In this document: positions 51,201 to 63,784 of the stretch, piece by piece
Layout: every line of letters starts with the position of its first letter
Position numbering within the stretch: position 1 is the stretch's first letter
NCBI GenBank assembly: GCA_020536535.1
Contig: JAHLWZ010000814.1
Span: forward strand, 53,789-117,788
From: Pelomyxa schiedti
Taxonomy: Eukaryota > Protista > Evosea
Direction: 5' to 3'
DNA: 64,000 nucleotides
Made by a program: the position numbers and the translations under genes
The notes under the pieces: generated by a model
What the model was told of the DNA's origin: nothing
Seen by the model: the letters and a program-made list of their open reading frames with translations, nothing else
The model's database searches: none

Positions 51201-51418
51201 TTGTAGCAGACTTGATTAGAAGCTGCTGGCAACTAGCTCCAACTCCACGGTATCCGCTCCATTCTATTCCATTCACCACAATTTTCCTAATACTCAGCAG
51301 GCCCTCGTTTGAGGTAATCATTGGGATTTTTGAACACAACAGCGCCGAGTTCGAGCAAAGCGTGCTCAATGCACCAACACTCACCCCCGCAGCAAGCAAA
51401 TTCCTTAGCACAATCTAA
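48221..51418 (+). CDS. Multi-pass membrane protein fused to a TKL protein kinase
   Basis: TM1 AFVAAVVAVSVAYFVGFCGIPLGVLLW; Ser-rich loop; further hydrophobic exons 49000-50150; kinase WRGLDVCVK, EYFPKGTL, LHCDLTSENVL, KVTDFG, APE, SDVFSYG, CWQLAPTPRPSF. A single-gene model is inferred. Confidence 0.68.
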
Positions 51419-51506
51419 AAAGCCAACAAGCAAAAAAGAACACACCCAACCCCCACTCCCATACTTGTCTGCCCTGAAAAACAAAACAGCAAAAGAATTG
51501 TAGTCT

Positions 51507-53047
51507 TTACACAGTACTCAAAAACCTATGCAGTCCGGTGTTTGAGGGAACAGGGCATGCATTCAGTGAATGAGAGTAGCGGTACAGCCTGAGTGCCTCG
51601 CGCGAGTCTTGCCAACGGTGGGAATCCCCAAGCAGCCCCTCGTGAATCGCGGCGAGCCTGTGGGCCGCCAGCGAGTGTGGCTGGTTGCAAGCCAGCAAGA
51701 ACAGCCTGCGGGCCTCCACGACGTTCTTCTCCACGCCCTTGCCGACCACATACAGGAATCCTAGCCCCTGGAGCGCGTCCGAGAGGAACTGCTCGGCCGC
51801 CTCGCGGTAAAGCTGCACGCCGAGTGATATCTCCATGCCTTCGCTTCCCGGGTACCCGGCGTCCTCGGCTCCGGCGTCGCCGTTCACAAGCATCACGCCG
51901 AGGTGGAACTGGGCATCGCACACCCCTTGCCTGGCAGCGGCGGCATACAGCTGTATACTCCTCCTCTTGTCCTTGGCTACTGATGCCCTTCCCCTCCTCA
52001 ACATCACGCCAAGGTTGTACCTATGGCAATTCAGTTGTTAACAGTATTAAATCGAGAAGTTATTATCAGAATCCTTTCGTAAAAAAAAGAGAAGCAACAT
52101 ACGTTGCAGTAGCATGGTGTTTCTCAGAAGACAACTCAAACATACGGGAAGCCTCCGCCTCGTTCCTCTCCACGCCTCTCGCAGCATCCAGCACCACTCC
52201 GTACATGTACTGGGCCACAGCATTGTCCGCACCCGCCGGGTCCGCCAGCATGGCAAGTGTCTGTGCAGCCCCCACGTCGTTCTTCTCGTGTAGCCCAACC
52301 CCCCACATCTGCATCGCACAGTGTATCAAGTACCCAGCCGTCCTCCTGCCCCTCCACCCACCCGACGCCCTGCTATGATGTGCACCACTACCACTAGTCG
52401 CTACACTGCTGATGCAACTGGCACTGCTGTCATTGCTCATACAACCACTGCTAATGCTGTTTTCATTGGTGCTGTTCTTGGTTACATCATGGCGGTCCGT
52501 GTCAGTGTCAGTGTCATCAATGATATCAATGTCAATGTCAGTGTCAGTGTCAGTGTCCGTGTCCGGGCCATCAGCAGAAGAGACGAGGCGGCAGAGGGCG
52601 TCGCGGGCGCGGTGGGCGGCGCAGGGGTCGGCGACGGCCTTGGCGCGGGCGAGGTGGCTGTCCAGCACGAGCTCGCGGCGGGAGGCGGGGAACAGGCAGG
52701 GCAGCTGGCGCCCGATGAAGCGCAGCACCACCAGCGCCACGATGTCGCAGGGGTCCGCGGCCGCGCACTCGCCGCACCGCGCCACCGCCTCGTCCAGCCG
52801 CCCGTCGTCCCACGCCGCCACCGCCTCCAGCGTCTCCCGCCTCGCCCGCAGCCTCCCTTCCCCCCCGTCGCCGCCGCACGTGGTGCACGAGGGGGGAGGC
52901 GGGCCGAGGCGGGCCGAGGCGGGCCGGCACGGGCGCCGCCCTGCACAGTGGGCACGTGGGCATGATGCTCGTCGTCTCCGGAGTCGCCGCTGCACTGCGA
53001 AGCGAGGCCGGCGGCGACGATGATGGTGATGAATGGTGTGCCTGCAT
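51507..53047 (-). CDS. Sel1-like repeat (SLR) protein
   Basis: AQYMYGVVLDAARGVERNEAEASRMFELS; AQFHLGVML; LGFLYVVGKGVEKNVVEARRLF. The 5' end is GC-rich and the start frame is ambiguous. Confidence 0.78.
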
Positions 53048-53168
53048 CGTTTTTGTTTTGTATTTTACAGCGAAAAGTGGGTGAAACTCATTTCATCACG
53101 AACAAAACGAAAATTTTTCCGCCAAGGCGCCAAGAGGTGGTCAGAGGCCGGGGAGGTGCTTCGCAATT

Positions 53169-54175
53169 ATGGGGTGCAAAGTGAGCCATGCTGTGCCTCG
53201 TACGGAATACTTAAATAATGGCCTTGTTGTTTAAAATATAATAAAAAAACCCGTACTGAAACCAACCGATTGGCAAGATAAAATTGCTGCGGCACCTATT
53301 CATAGGGGAACAGAGCCCAACGTTGATAAAACTGCTCCTGCTGCCATTAGTACCAATGAACCTGGGAGTAAAACCAACGAGGCAGCCTCTGATGATCAAA
53401 ACTCCACTGTTGGGAATCAGGTTGCAAGTCAAATTCTCACTGAGCCAGTGGCTTCATCAAGCAACCCTGCAGAACCTCTGTTAAACCACGTGATGGAGTC
53501 TCAGGCATCTGCCATCGATGCGCCAAAGGATGAGACTATCTCTGGTGCATTGGTGGATGGCAAACATCCTGTGAAAATAGAGACTCTGACCGTCCAACAG
53601 AAGTGGGCTTCTATGCAACACGTGAGGACATCTTTCCATACTACGAAATTATGGAGGCAAATTCATACTATACAGAACGAAAGAGCAACATTGAATGAAG
53701 TCCAGAGGGCGCTGCTCGAGTTATTTCCTCACCATGCTCAAAATATGTCTGTCTTAGCTCGTTCATATAAATTTATCCCTCTCAATCATGTATGTACATC
53801 TGTAAGCTATCCAAAACAAACTGAGATGTAGCTTGTTTTCCAATTTCAAGATTTCCAAAATTTGATTTCTCTTTTGGTCCACTATGACCGAATCTATCAC
53901 CAGTTCTCCCATCTTTCGAAAAATGGTGACAGAAGGTCCTTCCCATATTATATTAGCTTTTTAAAGATGGACTAGGTTATACTTGGATGATTGTAAAACT
54001 GCTTGCTTGGAGCTGCAATTCAATATCCCCTATGATGTTCTTAAAGTCGATTTTTCTAAGGTCATCCAACATCATAAAACCAAGAGTTTTAATGTTCCGA
54101 CAGATGGACAAAATGGGTGCTGGTTATGTATTATATGAGGACTTTTGTTTTTATTTATCAGCCAAGCATTTGTAA
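53169..54175 (+). CDS. Acylated EF-hand protein, calflagin (flagellar calcium-binding protein)-like
   Basis: MGCKVSH N-terminus after intron GTACGG...CAAG; C-terminal DFSKMDKMGAGYVLYEDFCFYLSAKHL; DRIYHQFSHLSKNGDRR degenerate EF-hand. Confidence 0.55.
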
Positions 54176-54950
54176 CAATTGTTTTATTGTAAAAACAAAG
54201 CTACTTGTTGGAATGTGTTGACTGTGGCCTCAATGACCACTGTTAATTGTACACAGCAACACAAACCATGTTTCTGACCAACATGGGGAAAAAAAGAAAC
54301 AAAAAAATGGATTGGTGCTCTATAGAGGAGCTGTTGGTGATTGGGTAACATGCGAAATTGGATGGGAAATCAGCCTGTGACAGCCAAGGGCCCCACCCAG
54401 TTTTGTAAGACCAACCGGGTAAACCCGGCCGGCCCACCCTACCTGTAACCTCCTTTCTCAGTCTCCGCCTGCCCCAGTCGCCAGAAATAGGCGCACGTGA
54501 CAGGATGACGTCGGCTGTGGGTACCGGTTTTTCAGTGGCGTGGCGGGATGGGTTCCCGTCACTCCCGGTTGATGTCCAACCCACACCAGGAAGATTTGCC
54601 CACGTACGCCCACGACGAAAAGATTTCTCCGTGAGGCACGCAGCCGAGTCGTCGAATTTCGAGATTAAAGATCGCAGGGGGATTTCTTTTTAGTGCGAGT
54701 TGATGGAAAACTTTTTATTTTTTGCCAGCTTGAGTAGTTCATTTCGATGCAGCACGTTCACATTTGAGCACCATTTATTCAACCACCCCACTTCACACCA
54801 ATCCAAAAACCTTCCCCGCGGCCCAGCCTCTTAAGCGCCAAAATTACATGTACAGAAGGATTGTGGGATTGGACGGTTGTGTTTGAGTGGCTTGTTAATT
54901 TTATTCAAAAAAGAAAAAAAAAGAGCAACAGACACAGAACAAGTTTTAAT

Positions 54951-57798
54951 TTACTCCCAGTTTCTTGGTGTGTGTTAGTGGGGTGTATCAGTGGAGAAAG
55001 AACGTACTCTTTGAGAATTCCAAGTTTGATTGCTGTGGCAATAGTCTTCTGTGCTCGGAGAACAACCGGGCGATCTATCATTTTTGCACCAAGGGCCACA
55101 ACTCCGGATGCACCTGCCTTGTTAAACGCTCTTACAATGTCCTTTGCACGGGTGAGCTCTTGTTCAGTGGGTGCAAAACAACTGTTGCAAATCGTTATCT
55201 AATGTGTAGTCGGTTATAACACCCTCCAGCGAAAATGGAACTTTACCTGCTTGGGGTGGACACATCGTTTGCCAACATAACCCAAAGACTTGGCCAAAGT
55301 GATGCTTGTTTTGAGACCATCGATGTTTCCAAAGTCACCAAAAACAGTGTCAAGAGGAGGAACTCTTGCAGCATGAGCGGCATTTGCCAGACGCCGGATT
55401 GCATAGGAAGATTCTTCGTTGGAAGGGGACTTGATCATACCACAGTCCGCAGTATAATCCTCTAGACCCTAAGGGAAAGATTAGAGTGATCAAGTGACGA
55501 TTGTACATGCCATGCAAATTCCAAGGATATGATGAGGAGGGCGGAGAATGTCATTGATGTTTTCAATTCCAACTGCGGTTTCGATCAGCGGGAACAAGGC
55601 CACTCTAGAAGATTCCCACTTGCACACTTGGCATATATGACTCTCTAGGATTTCAATTTCCCTCCTAATGTCTACCTAGAGCAAACTTTAAGACGAATAA
55701 ATGGAGTAATAGAAGAATTACTTTAGGAATCACCAGCCCATCGACGTGGCAATATGGAAGGATTACAGAAATATCTTGCAGACCTTCTGCTCCCTGGTTT
55801 ATTCTCACTAGTCTCTCAGCGTTTCTGAAGTCAAGTGCACGCAAGGCATTTCTCACCTTTTCCGTGTGAGAAATATATTTTCACTAGAGTGAGTACAAGT
55901 ATTCTGGATGCCGCTTTCAAAGGAGGGGCAACAGCATCCTCTAGGTCAAAGATAGCCCCGTCTTCTCCAGAGGAGCCTGCCTTGCTCATCATATAGGGAT
56001 CTCGTCCAGGAATATAAAGCTGTGACCTTCTCAGATGATCGGGATTTATTGCTGGGAAAAGGATGAGGTTTTTTCAGTGGATTTATGTATACCTATTGTG
56101 GACTGATCTGGAACATTAGGATCAAGGGGTAACAAGAAAGGCGGAGCTTGAAGAACTTCAGGGAATGTGCATTTCACTGCATGCTCTATTCTTGCCGCCA
56201 TTACCCATGGAAGGGAAGAGCAATCCCCAATTGTCACAGTAACCGACTGCCTGGGGTTGGAGAAGTGAGGAGAGAAGTGGCTGAGAATCCTGGTCGCCAG
56301 TTCTACTGCCTCTGCTTCCGAGACAAATGCGTTTCTATCATAAGACTGTACTTTAACCTGAAGAAGGTTAATTTATTGCGCAGTGGTTTGAGAGCAAACC
56401 CCATAGATAGAGGTTCCTAAGTCTTGCTTTTCCACTTTTACAGTACAATCACACCTCAAATCTTTAGGTCGGTGCAGAGGTTCCCTGACCACATCCAAGA
56501 CGGTACCATCTCGCCATTCAATTACACCAATAATGCGGTCTGTTGGAGGTTAAAGAATATGCTTTCTTTCGAAGAAGGGAAACCTGTTGTTTTTGGTGGT
56601 AGTGCAACGCGACCTGCCTTTCTATACCCAATATCCCTTAGTTCTTGTATGGTCTACAGCAAACAACATTGGAAAAATATTTCAAGGGAAAAAATTACGA
56701 ACTTTGAGTTTCAATTCATCTGCATACGGAGCAAGTTTTTCCAGTAGATCTTTGCGCTGAGGATTGATAGCAATACCCTCGTCTGTGACAATTACATGAA
56801 TGCATTCACCCTTTTTCTCCATCAGTCTAATGACTTGAAAGATTGATTTAACATACAGGGGTTGTGATTGAAACAACATTATCAACAACAATGGGGTTAA
56901 TGCCACGAGCAACAGGGCAAGTAATAATTGTCAATTTCGATCCGGCAGCAGTATCCTGGTGCTTGGTCAGTCGAACAACGGTGCTCTAATTTTTCACCTG
57001 ATGGCCGCCAATCCCATGAAGTAAGTATCCATCAGCATGAGTGTTGACATTGCAGTTAAAATTGACATCGACCTTAAGGCTTTAAACACTCTTATTTTTT
57101 CTTCTCGGGGAAAAAAAATCACCTCGGTAGCGCCAAGTACAACAACGTCTAAGAGGTTAACCACAGCACCCCTATTTAAAGGGTTTGCATACTGGTCAAT
57201 ATCAATTTCGCAGTGGACCTTTTGGGTTTGTATGTAAGTTCATAAGTATTTGTAGATAAATGGAATGCCTTGGGATCATCACGGAGGGACTCCACAGCTG
57301 GAATATCAAATGCTTGACAAGTTGAAAGCTTCTTCACTAGCCCCTAAAGAGTTGAGTAAGAATTGGGGTGGTATAACAATCAAAAACCTTGCGTAACATG
57401 TCTACTAAAATGGCTGTGGTCCCACCATTGGCCCATCCAGCAACAATTTTGTTTGCCTGCATTATTTCGGACAAGAATTTTACTGATGTCAAGGAACTTC
57501 CACCTGCTCCAGCTTGGAGGCCGAAACCATTCTTTACATATCCTGCTCGATAGGCACACTAGTGTGCAAGTGAGAAATTAGGGGGAAATAAAAACAGTTA
57601 CCAATGCAGCAAGCCGTGAGCTCTCAAGAGCTTCATCAGTATCTGCAATACGCGTGGTTCCAGAAACAATTTTCTTTGGGTCACCAATTGAGTCCACTTT
57701 GACTACAAAGTCCACAAGCGTGCTGGGAATTGAGATTGGGATGCAAGGGTACTCCATTAGGTAATCAGTTACAACAATGACCTATTGTAGATAGATTA

Positions 57799-57831
<33 letters not shown>

Positions 57832-59111
57832 GGAGGGTGCCAACCCGTGATGCACATCGGGCATCAATGTTAGAATATGCTAGAGGTCCACATGCACTCT
57901 TCCCAAGTACACCATTGGCATTGCCATATTCATCTGCACATGGTGCAGCTATAACCTTTAGTTCAGATGTTACGGAAATAAAGGGAATGGTTTTGAAAAT
58001 ACAGCAATATCGATTCTAAGGTCGCCTTGCATAATAGCACGGACACGGCCACCATGAGACCTCAGAACAGCAGGTGTTGGAATTCCTCCCTCGGAAGCAA
58101 GCATTCCCTATCGTATTTAGGCTTCAAAATATGTAACGAAAACCGTACAATGGCTCCATTGAGTGAACCAATGATTCCTTTTATGGTTCCTCTCTTCACC
58201 ATGTCTGCAAGGGGTGCATGCACATTAAAGAGTGCTGTTGGTGCAATAGTAATATCTTTAACCCCAAGTTGCTCCACGGCAGTCATGCACTGAAGGACAA
58301 CAGCATCACCTTCTCTGTGAGAAAAGTCACAGTTGTATTACGGTTCAAAAGAAAAACCTCAAGTGATGGTGGAAAGAAAGAGTCATTCCATTTCGAAGAC
58401 CGCAAGCCACAAGTGCTTCCCTCAGAGTTGCAATCATCTTACTCTGTCCTGGAATGACAACATGTTTTGGTGTGAGCATTCCATTTGGCTGGAAAGTGGG
58501 GGATGTAGTAGCCGTTGGAGTTGTGAGTGCATGTGCGCCCATAAACGGGGTTACTTTGCCGTATCCAGGAATGAACCTAATCAATTTCAATTAGCAAGGA
58601 ATTTTTCTCATGCAAAGTAATATGTTGAAATGGCGTACTTTGGAAGAACTCTGCCACAAGCGTTGGTCACTGTATCAAGGCTGGCAGTAGCATAAGAAAT
58701 GGGAGTAGAAGTGGAAACAGAGCTAGGAACGGAAGGAGTGGTAGAGGAAACAGTCGTGGTAGTAGAAACGGCGGGGCTAACGCTCTCTGGTTGTGGCTCT
58801 GTTGCAGGTTTCTTAGGCTTCTTGTTTTTGCGTTTCTTTTTGGCGGCAGTTTGATCAGACGGCTGGACCGGCGTTGCTTGTGCCTCTGTTGCAGCTGGGG
58901 TGGCCGCCGCAGTTTGGAGTGGAGTCGTCAGAGTAGTGCTGGCGGCAGGCGGCGCCTTAGTTGCCACAACGGCCGGGGTTGGTGTGGGCTGAGGTGTCAC
59001 CGCCGCAACAGGTGTTGCGTTGACTTGCGGTGTTTGCGTAGGTGGCTGTGCTACCACCGGCTCCGCTGTAGGTGTTACGGACGCAGTGTTCTTCTTTTTG
59101 CTTCTCGGCAT
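54951..59111 (-). CDS. citF-citD-citE: Citrate lyase alpha-gamma-beta fusion (CitF-CitD-CitE) with basic, P/T/A-rich N-terminal extension
   Basis: CitF: LRNGMTLSFHHHLRNGD, GDPKKIVSGTTRI, IIGVIEWRDGTVLDVV; CitD-like: LRCDCTV...VTIGDCSSLPWVMAARIEHAV; CitE: LRRSQLYIPG, AIFDLEDAVAP, VRNAL, LIETAVG, GLEDYTAD, GKRCVHPKQ, ALGAKMIDRPV; many introns. Confidence 0.88.
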
Positions 59112-59211
59112 CTTACGTAAGTGGCGCACGCTGAAGAGGTACGTGCGGGGGGCTTTTTTTTTGTTTTTGTTTGTTGCGAATGGTTGTTTTTAGGCGTTTC
59201 CTTAAAGCAGG

Positions 59212-59311
59212 NNNNNNNNNNNNNNNNNNNNNNNNNNNNNNNNNNNNNNNNNNNNNNNNNNNNNNNNNNNNNNNNNNNNNNNNNNNNNNNNNNNNNNNNN
59301 NNNNNNNNNNN
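59212..59311. other. Assembly gap (100 N)
   Basis: N run next to very GC-rich sequence; probably hides the RRP4 start codon. Confidence 0.95.
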
Positions 59312-60670
59312 GGCGGAGGCGGAGGGGGCGCCGCGGCCAAGACTGGGTCGGTGGCGGAGGGCCTGATGGTGGTCCCCGGCGACGTGATTGCGCCCGGCGG
59401 GGGGTCGCTGTACATGAGGGGCCACGGGACTTTCCTCGGCGGCGACAACAACGACGACATCATGGCTAGCGGTGCGTTTATCTTTCTGGTCTAGTGTTCT
59501 TGTCAATTTGTCAATATGCCAATCCGTGTTGATTGGTTGGTTCATTAATGTGGATGGAGATCCACATCCCATCATTGGGTTGGAGAAGGGGTGCTGGGTT
59601 GTCTTTTGGTTTTGTTGTTGTTATTTTTGTATAGTACTTAATACTACTTGACATCTATTTTTACACTCTAAAATACAAAACAAAAAGTTAGTGGAATGGT
59701 GGAACGTGTGGACAAGCTTATTTGTGTGAGATCACTCAGGTGCAGATACTTGGGTGAGATTGGAGATGTTGTGGTTGGCAGAGTGACCCAGGTGGGGCAG
59801 GGGAAATGGAGGGTATGCTGTATTACCGCTATGATTCTCGAGGATACACTTTCTTCGTGTAGGTCGACGTGAACAGCCGTGTGGATGCTGTGCTGCTCCT
59901 TTCTTCCATAGATCTCCCCGGTGGTGTTCTTAGGAAGAGAACTTATTCTGATGAATTGAATATGCGAACTTTCTATGCTGAAAATGATTTGATCTGGTAA
60001 GTTTACAGCAGACCTATTTTAACAATTCCAATAACCTCCACTTAGTGCTGAAGTACATTCTCTCAGTGGCAATGGTGCAATGAACCTTCAAACACGATCA
60101 CACCGTTATGGAAAACTACTCAATGGAGTACGGTCAATCTTACCCTGAAAAACCTCTAACTTGTATTACTAGATTTTCATGGCAATCCCACCAACACTTA
60201 TAAAACGGAGTAAATCACATATGCACACATTCGACTTTGGTGTATCTGTAATTTTTGGAAACAACGGCTACATATGGATTTATGTCACCGCCGATCCTCT
60301 CGGAGCCGTACATGGAGACCCAACACAGGCAGCACAGGAGGAACAGCCCACCGCACACTCTGAAACTACTCCTACCTCTGCCGAAAACCCACCCCCTGCC
60401 ACCACACCAACCACAAATCCTCAGCCATACCGCCCGACTCCGGCCGAGCAAATAGAAATGCGAACGCGGCTTGCCCGCGTGCGCAACAGCGTATCCACGC
60501 TTGCCTCTGTGCACTGCTGGGTCCATCCTGATGCCGTTTCAGCTGTCTACCAAGAATCCTTGCTGCAGAAACTCACACCAAAGGAAATGCTCAACCCCGC
60601 GCTCTGGGCTTCTCTGACTGAACCAGCCAGAACTAGTGCAGTTGACCTATACGCCGTGTCTTCCTCATAA
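59312..60670 (+). CDS. RRP4: Exosome complex component RRP4 (EXOSC2), 5' end in gap
   Basis: VVPGDVI...YMRGHGT; [17 protein letters not shown]; WRVDVNS; [16 protein letters not shown]; DELNMR; LIKRSKSH; [10 protein letters not shown]. Confidence 0.92.
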
Positions 60671-61023
60671 CGCCTATCCACTCTGTCCACAGCACCTAAA
60701 CACAAACCCAAAACGAAAAAAGTTCTCGTCACGAGACAACTTGGGCCTAACTTTCTATTCTTTGGAGTGACACCTTTCTATTCGGGTGACAGTTTCCTAA
60801 TTAAATCTGACAGATTCCTGCTTTGGAGTGGCATTACGTCACATTCTGACATGTGACAGTTGGTTATTTTCTTTCTTGACAGGCTTTATAAGAGATAAGT
60901 GGCAGCCGACGACATTAAATAAAAAAAAGCGCACTTAGCGACAACTTCTTCAAGATCTCAAGCGAAGCAACAAGCAACTAATCGCCTTCGGAGCGAAACG
61001 TACGTGAACTAAACAGCGACAAA

Positions 61024-62539
61024 ATGGCTACCACAGCGACAAAGACACCGGCAACAACCGCCCCACCCGTGGCTCAGACGACACAACAGTTGGCTCATGT
61101 TTCCGATATGGGCGACGGCAACGTTATGGAGACTAACGCCGAAGAGTTTATCGACAACTTTGACCACATGGGACTTTGCGACAACTTGTTGAGGTATTTC
61201 TTGTATATTTTATTATTTTTTTTTGTGGCATTTGGTGGTTTATTTACGCTTTACCTCAGAGGTATTTACAACTATGGTTTCGAGCGACCCTCTGCTATTC
61301 AGCAGCGTGCTATCAAGCCCCTCATGAGCGGCCGTGACCTTATTGCTCAAGCTCAGTCTGGTACAGGAAAGACTGCTGCTTTTGCTATTGGAACCCTTCA
61401 ACAAATTGACTTGAACAACCCTGAGTGCCAGGCTCTCTTCCTGTCACCTACCCGTGAGCTTGCCATCCAGACTCACAGGGTATAGTACATCAGTATTGGT
61501 TAGCTTCTTTCTCACGTTGGTTAGGTCGTCTGTGAAATTGGCTTGTACCTCAAGGTTTCCTGCCTTTCATGCATTGGTGGAACCAGCGTTCGAGAAACAA
61601 TTGACAAGATGAGGGAAGGTTGCCAGATTGTTGTTGGCACTCCTGGACGTGTATACGATATGCTTTGCAGGCGTGTTTTGGTCCCTCGCTCTATCAAGGT
61701 TCTCGTGCTGGACGAGGCCGATGAAATGCTGTCCCGAGGTTTCAAGGAGCAGATCTATGACATTTTCCAAGCCCTTCCACGCAACATTCAAGTCGGTCTT
61801 TTCTCTGCTACCATGCCTCAGGAGGCTATTGAGATTTCCCAGAAGTTCATGAACAACCCCATCCAAATCCTCGTTAAGAAAGACGAGCTGACCCTTCAGG
61901 GTATCAAGCAGTTCTACGTCAATGTTGAACGAGAAGATGGAAGTGAGTACCCTTTCCTACTTACTGTCACCTTTAACGCATTTCTTTCAGAACTTGAAAC
62001 TCTTTGTGACTTGTATGATACCCTCAGCATTGCTCAGTCTGTCATTTTTGCCAACACACGAAGAAAAGTAGAATTTATTTCTGACCAAATGCACCGCCGA
62101 CACTTCACTGGTACATCCTCCAATTCCCTTAACTGAATCATTGTAACTCTTGTGCAGTTGCTTCCACACACGGAGACCTGGCACCAAAGGAGAGAAATGC
62201 CATCCTTGCCGATTTCCGAGCTGGACACAGCCGTATTCTTATCACCACAGATTTGCTGGCTCGTGGTATTGATGTCCAGCAAGTGTCTCTTGTAATCAAC
62301 TACGACTTGCCAACCAACCCAGAGAACTACATTCACAGGTTAGTGAAAAACAATCCCACCCAGCAAACCCGGAAAACTTACCTCTATTCAACAGAATTGG
62401 CCGAAGTGCACGATTTGGAAGAAAAGGTGTGGCAATTAATTTTGTCACAGACAGAGATACAGAACTTCTTCGCGACCTGGAGAGGATGTATGACACCCAA
62501 ATCAAGGAGATGCCCGTCTCCATTGCAGACTTGTTGTAG
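61024..62539 (+). CDS. EIF4A: Eukaryotic translation initiation factor 4A (DEAD-box helicase)
   Basis: [18 protein letters not shown]; [10 protein letters not shown]; PTRELA; GTPGR; [12 protein letters not shown]; SAT; [18 protein letters not shown]; HRIGR. Confidence 0.97.
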
Positions 62540-62628
62540 ATAAGAAACAAAAAAAGAAGAAATTTTTTTTTTATCTTCCTAAAAACTTGGATTTATCCTT
62601 TTCTTCAACTGGGAGGTTGTATCCTGAC

Positions 62629-63626
62629 TTAGAGCTGTTCCGGTAGTTGTTTAGGTTTTGGCATACGGAACAGACCAGCAACGAGAACAGACAGTACACC
62701 TAGAGAAGAGACAACAGAAATGACACCAAAAGTAATCCAGTACCGGTGCCGACTTGTGTCTGTTAGTGAGGCAAAAAGCAATATTACAAAGGAAATACAG
62801 ACTCTGGCAGAAACTGGACTGTAACAAAGAATGGAGTGAAGTTTGTCCTTGCCTGGAGTTGCTTTGAAGGTGCCTCAATCAAGAGAAAGCGGTTCTGGTA
62901 TTCAGTTTTTAGTGTCATACCAAATGAGAGGTTATCATCATACTCTTGACAACTGATATGAGCAGGAAGAGTTCCAACAAACAACCTTGGCTGAAGTCGT
63001 ATCATAAACCACCTTATCTAGAGCTATGAAAGCTGAACCAATAGTAACAGTATCACTGTGACAGGCAGTCTCCCACACAAACTGATACAAACCGCTTTCC
63101 ATGATCTTTTCCTGATAAAAATATCACAAATAATTTATGTAAATTTCAGAAACACACGGTTAATCTCAAGTGATACCCTTGCATGCCAAGTACAAAGTGG
63201 AAACGCCTCCCCTGTGCATATCTTTCCATCTCCCTTTTGGCGCAATATTATTATACACTTAGGAGTGGGAAGTGAGTACTTGGCACCAAAAATCAGGTAA
63301 AACGAAATCATTGCAGTTGCATCACTGAGGATTTCCACTTCACTTCCTTTATTTATCCACATCACAATACCAGCATGGCCACTTGATAACCCCAAAGGAA
63401 TTTGCACCATAAGGCCTTTCTTTTTGTACAGGATAAGTTGTTTTCTTCCACTATCAAAATAAATACACGTTTGGCATAATTGCGAAAGCAGCTGCCGACC
63501 CAAACAACAAACCTTCCTCTCCTCGATGACCACAGGCTCATGTTCCATCAGATACGATACAGAATCAATCGGCCAGCTATTGACCAGTACGCGTGTGTGC
63601 CACCCATCACGTGGCTCAATCAGAGC
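62629..63626 (-). CDS. Hypothetical membrane protein with C-terminal TM helix; 5' exons unresolved
   Basis: Last exon YWITFGVISVVSSLGVLSVLVAGLFRMPKPKQLPEQL; upstream exons SGLYQFVWETACH and ALIEPRDGWHTRVLV. Confidence 0.4.
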
Positions 63627-63702
63627 CTATATCTCGCGTGAGAACCAGCACATAAACAAAAAACACCAACGCCGCATCATCGCTTCACTCCCATAATTCC
63701 CG

Positions 63703-63784
63703 CACACCACACCACACCACACCACACCACCACACCACACCACACCACACCACACCACACCACACCACACCACACCACACCACA
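63703..63784. repeat. (CACAC)n pentanucleotide microsatellite, ~16 units
   Basis: Direct observation; one small interruption near 63730. Confidence 0.95.

Noticed and set aside
52900-53047. Apparent frameshift at the 5' end of the Sel1 gene across three 10-bp GGGCCG(A/G)(G/C)(G/A)C units
   Set aside because: GC-rich short repeats are prone to assembly error and an alternative start or intron is possible; no evidence for programmed frameshifting.
9646-62539. Clustering of translation and RNA genes (eIF4B, RPL5, RPL10, RRP4, eIF4A, BRF1)
   Set aside because: They are dispersed among unrelated genes on both strands, which is unremarkable in a compact genome.
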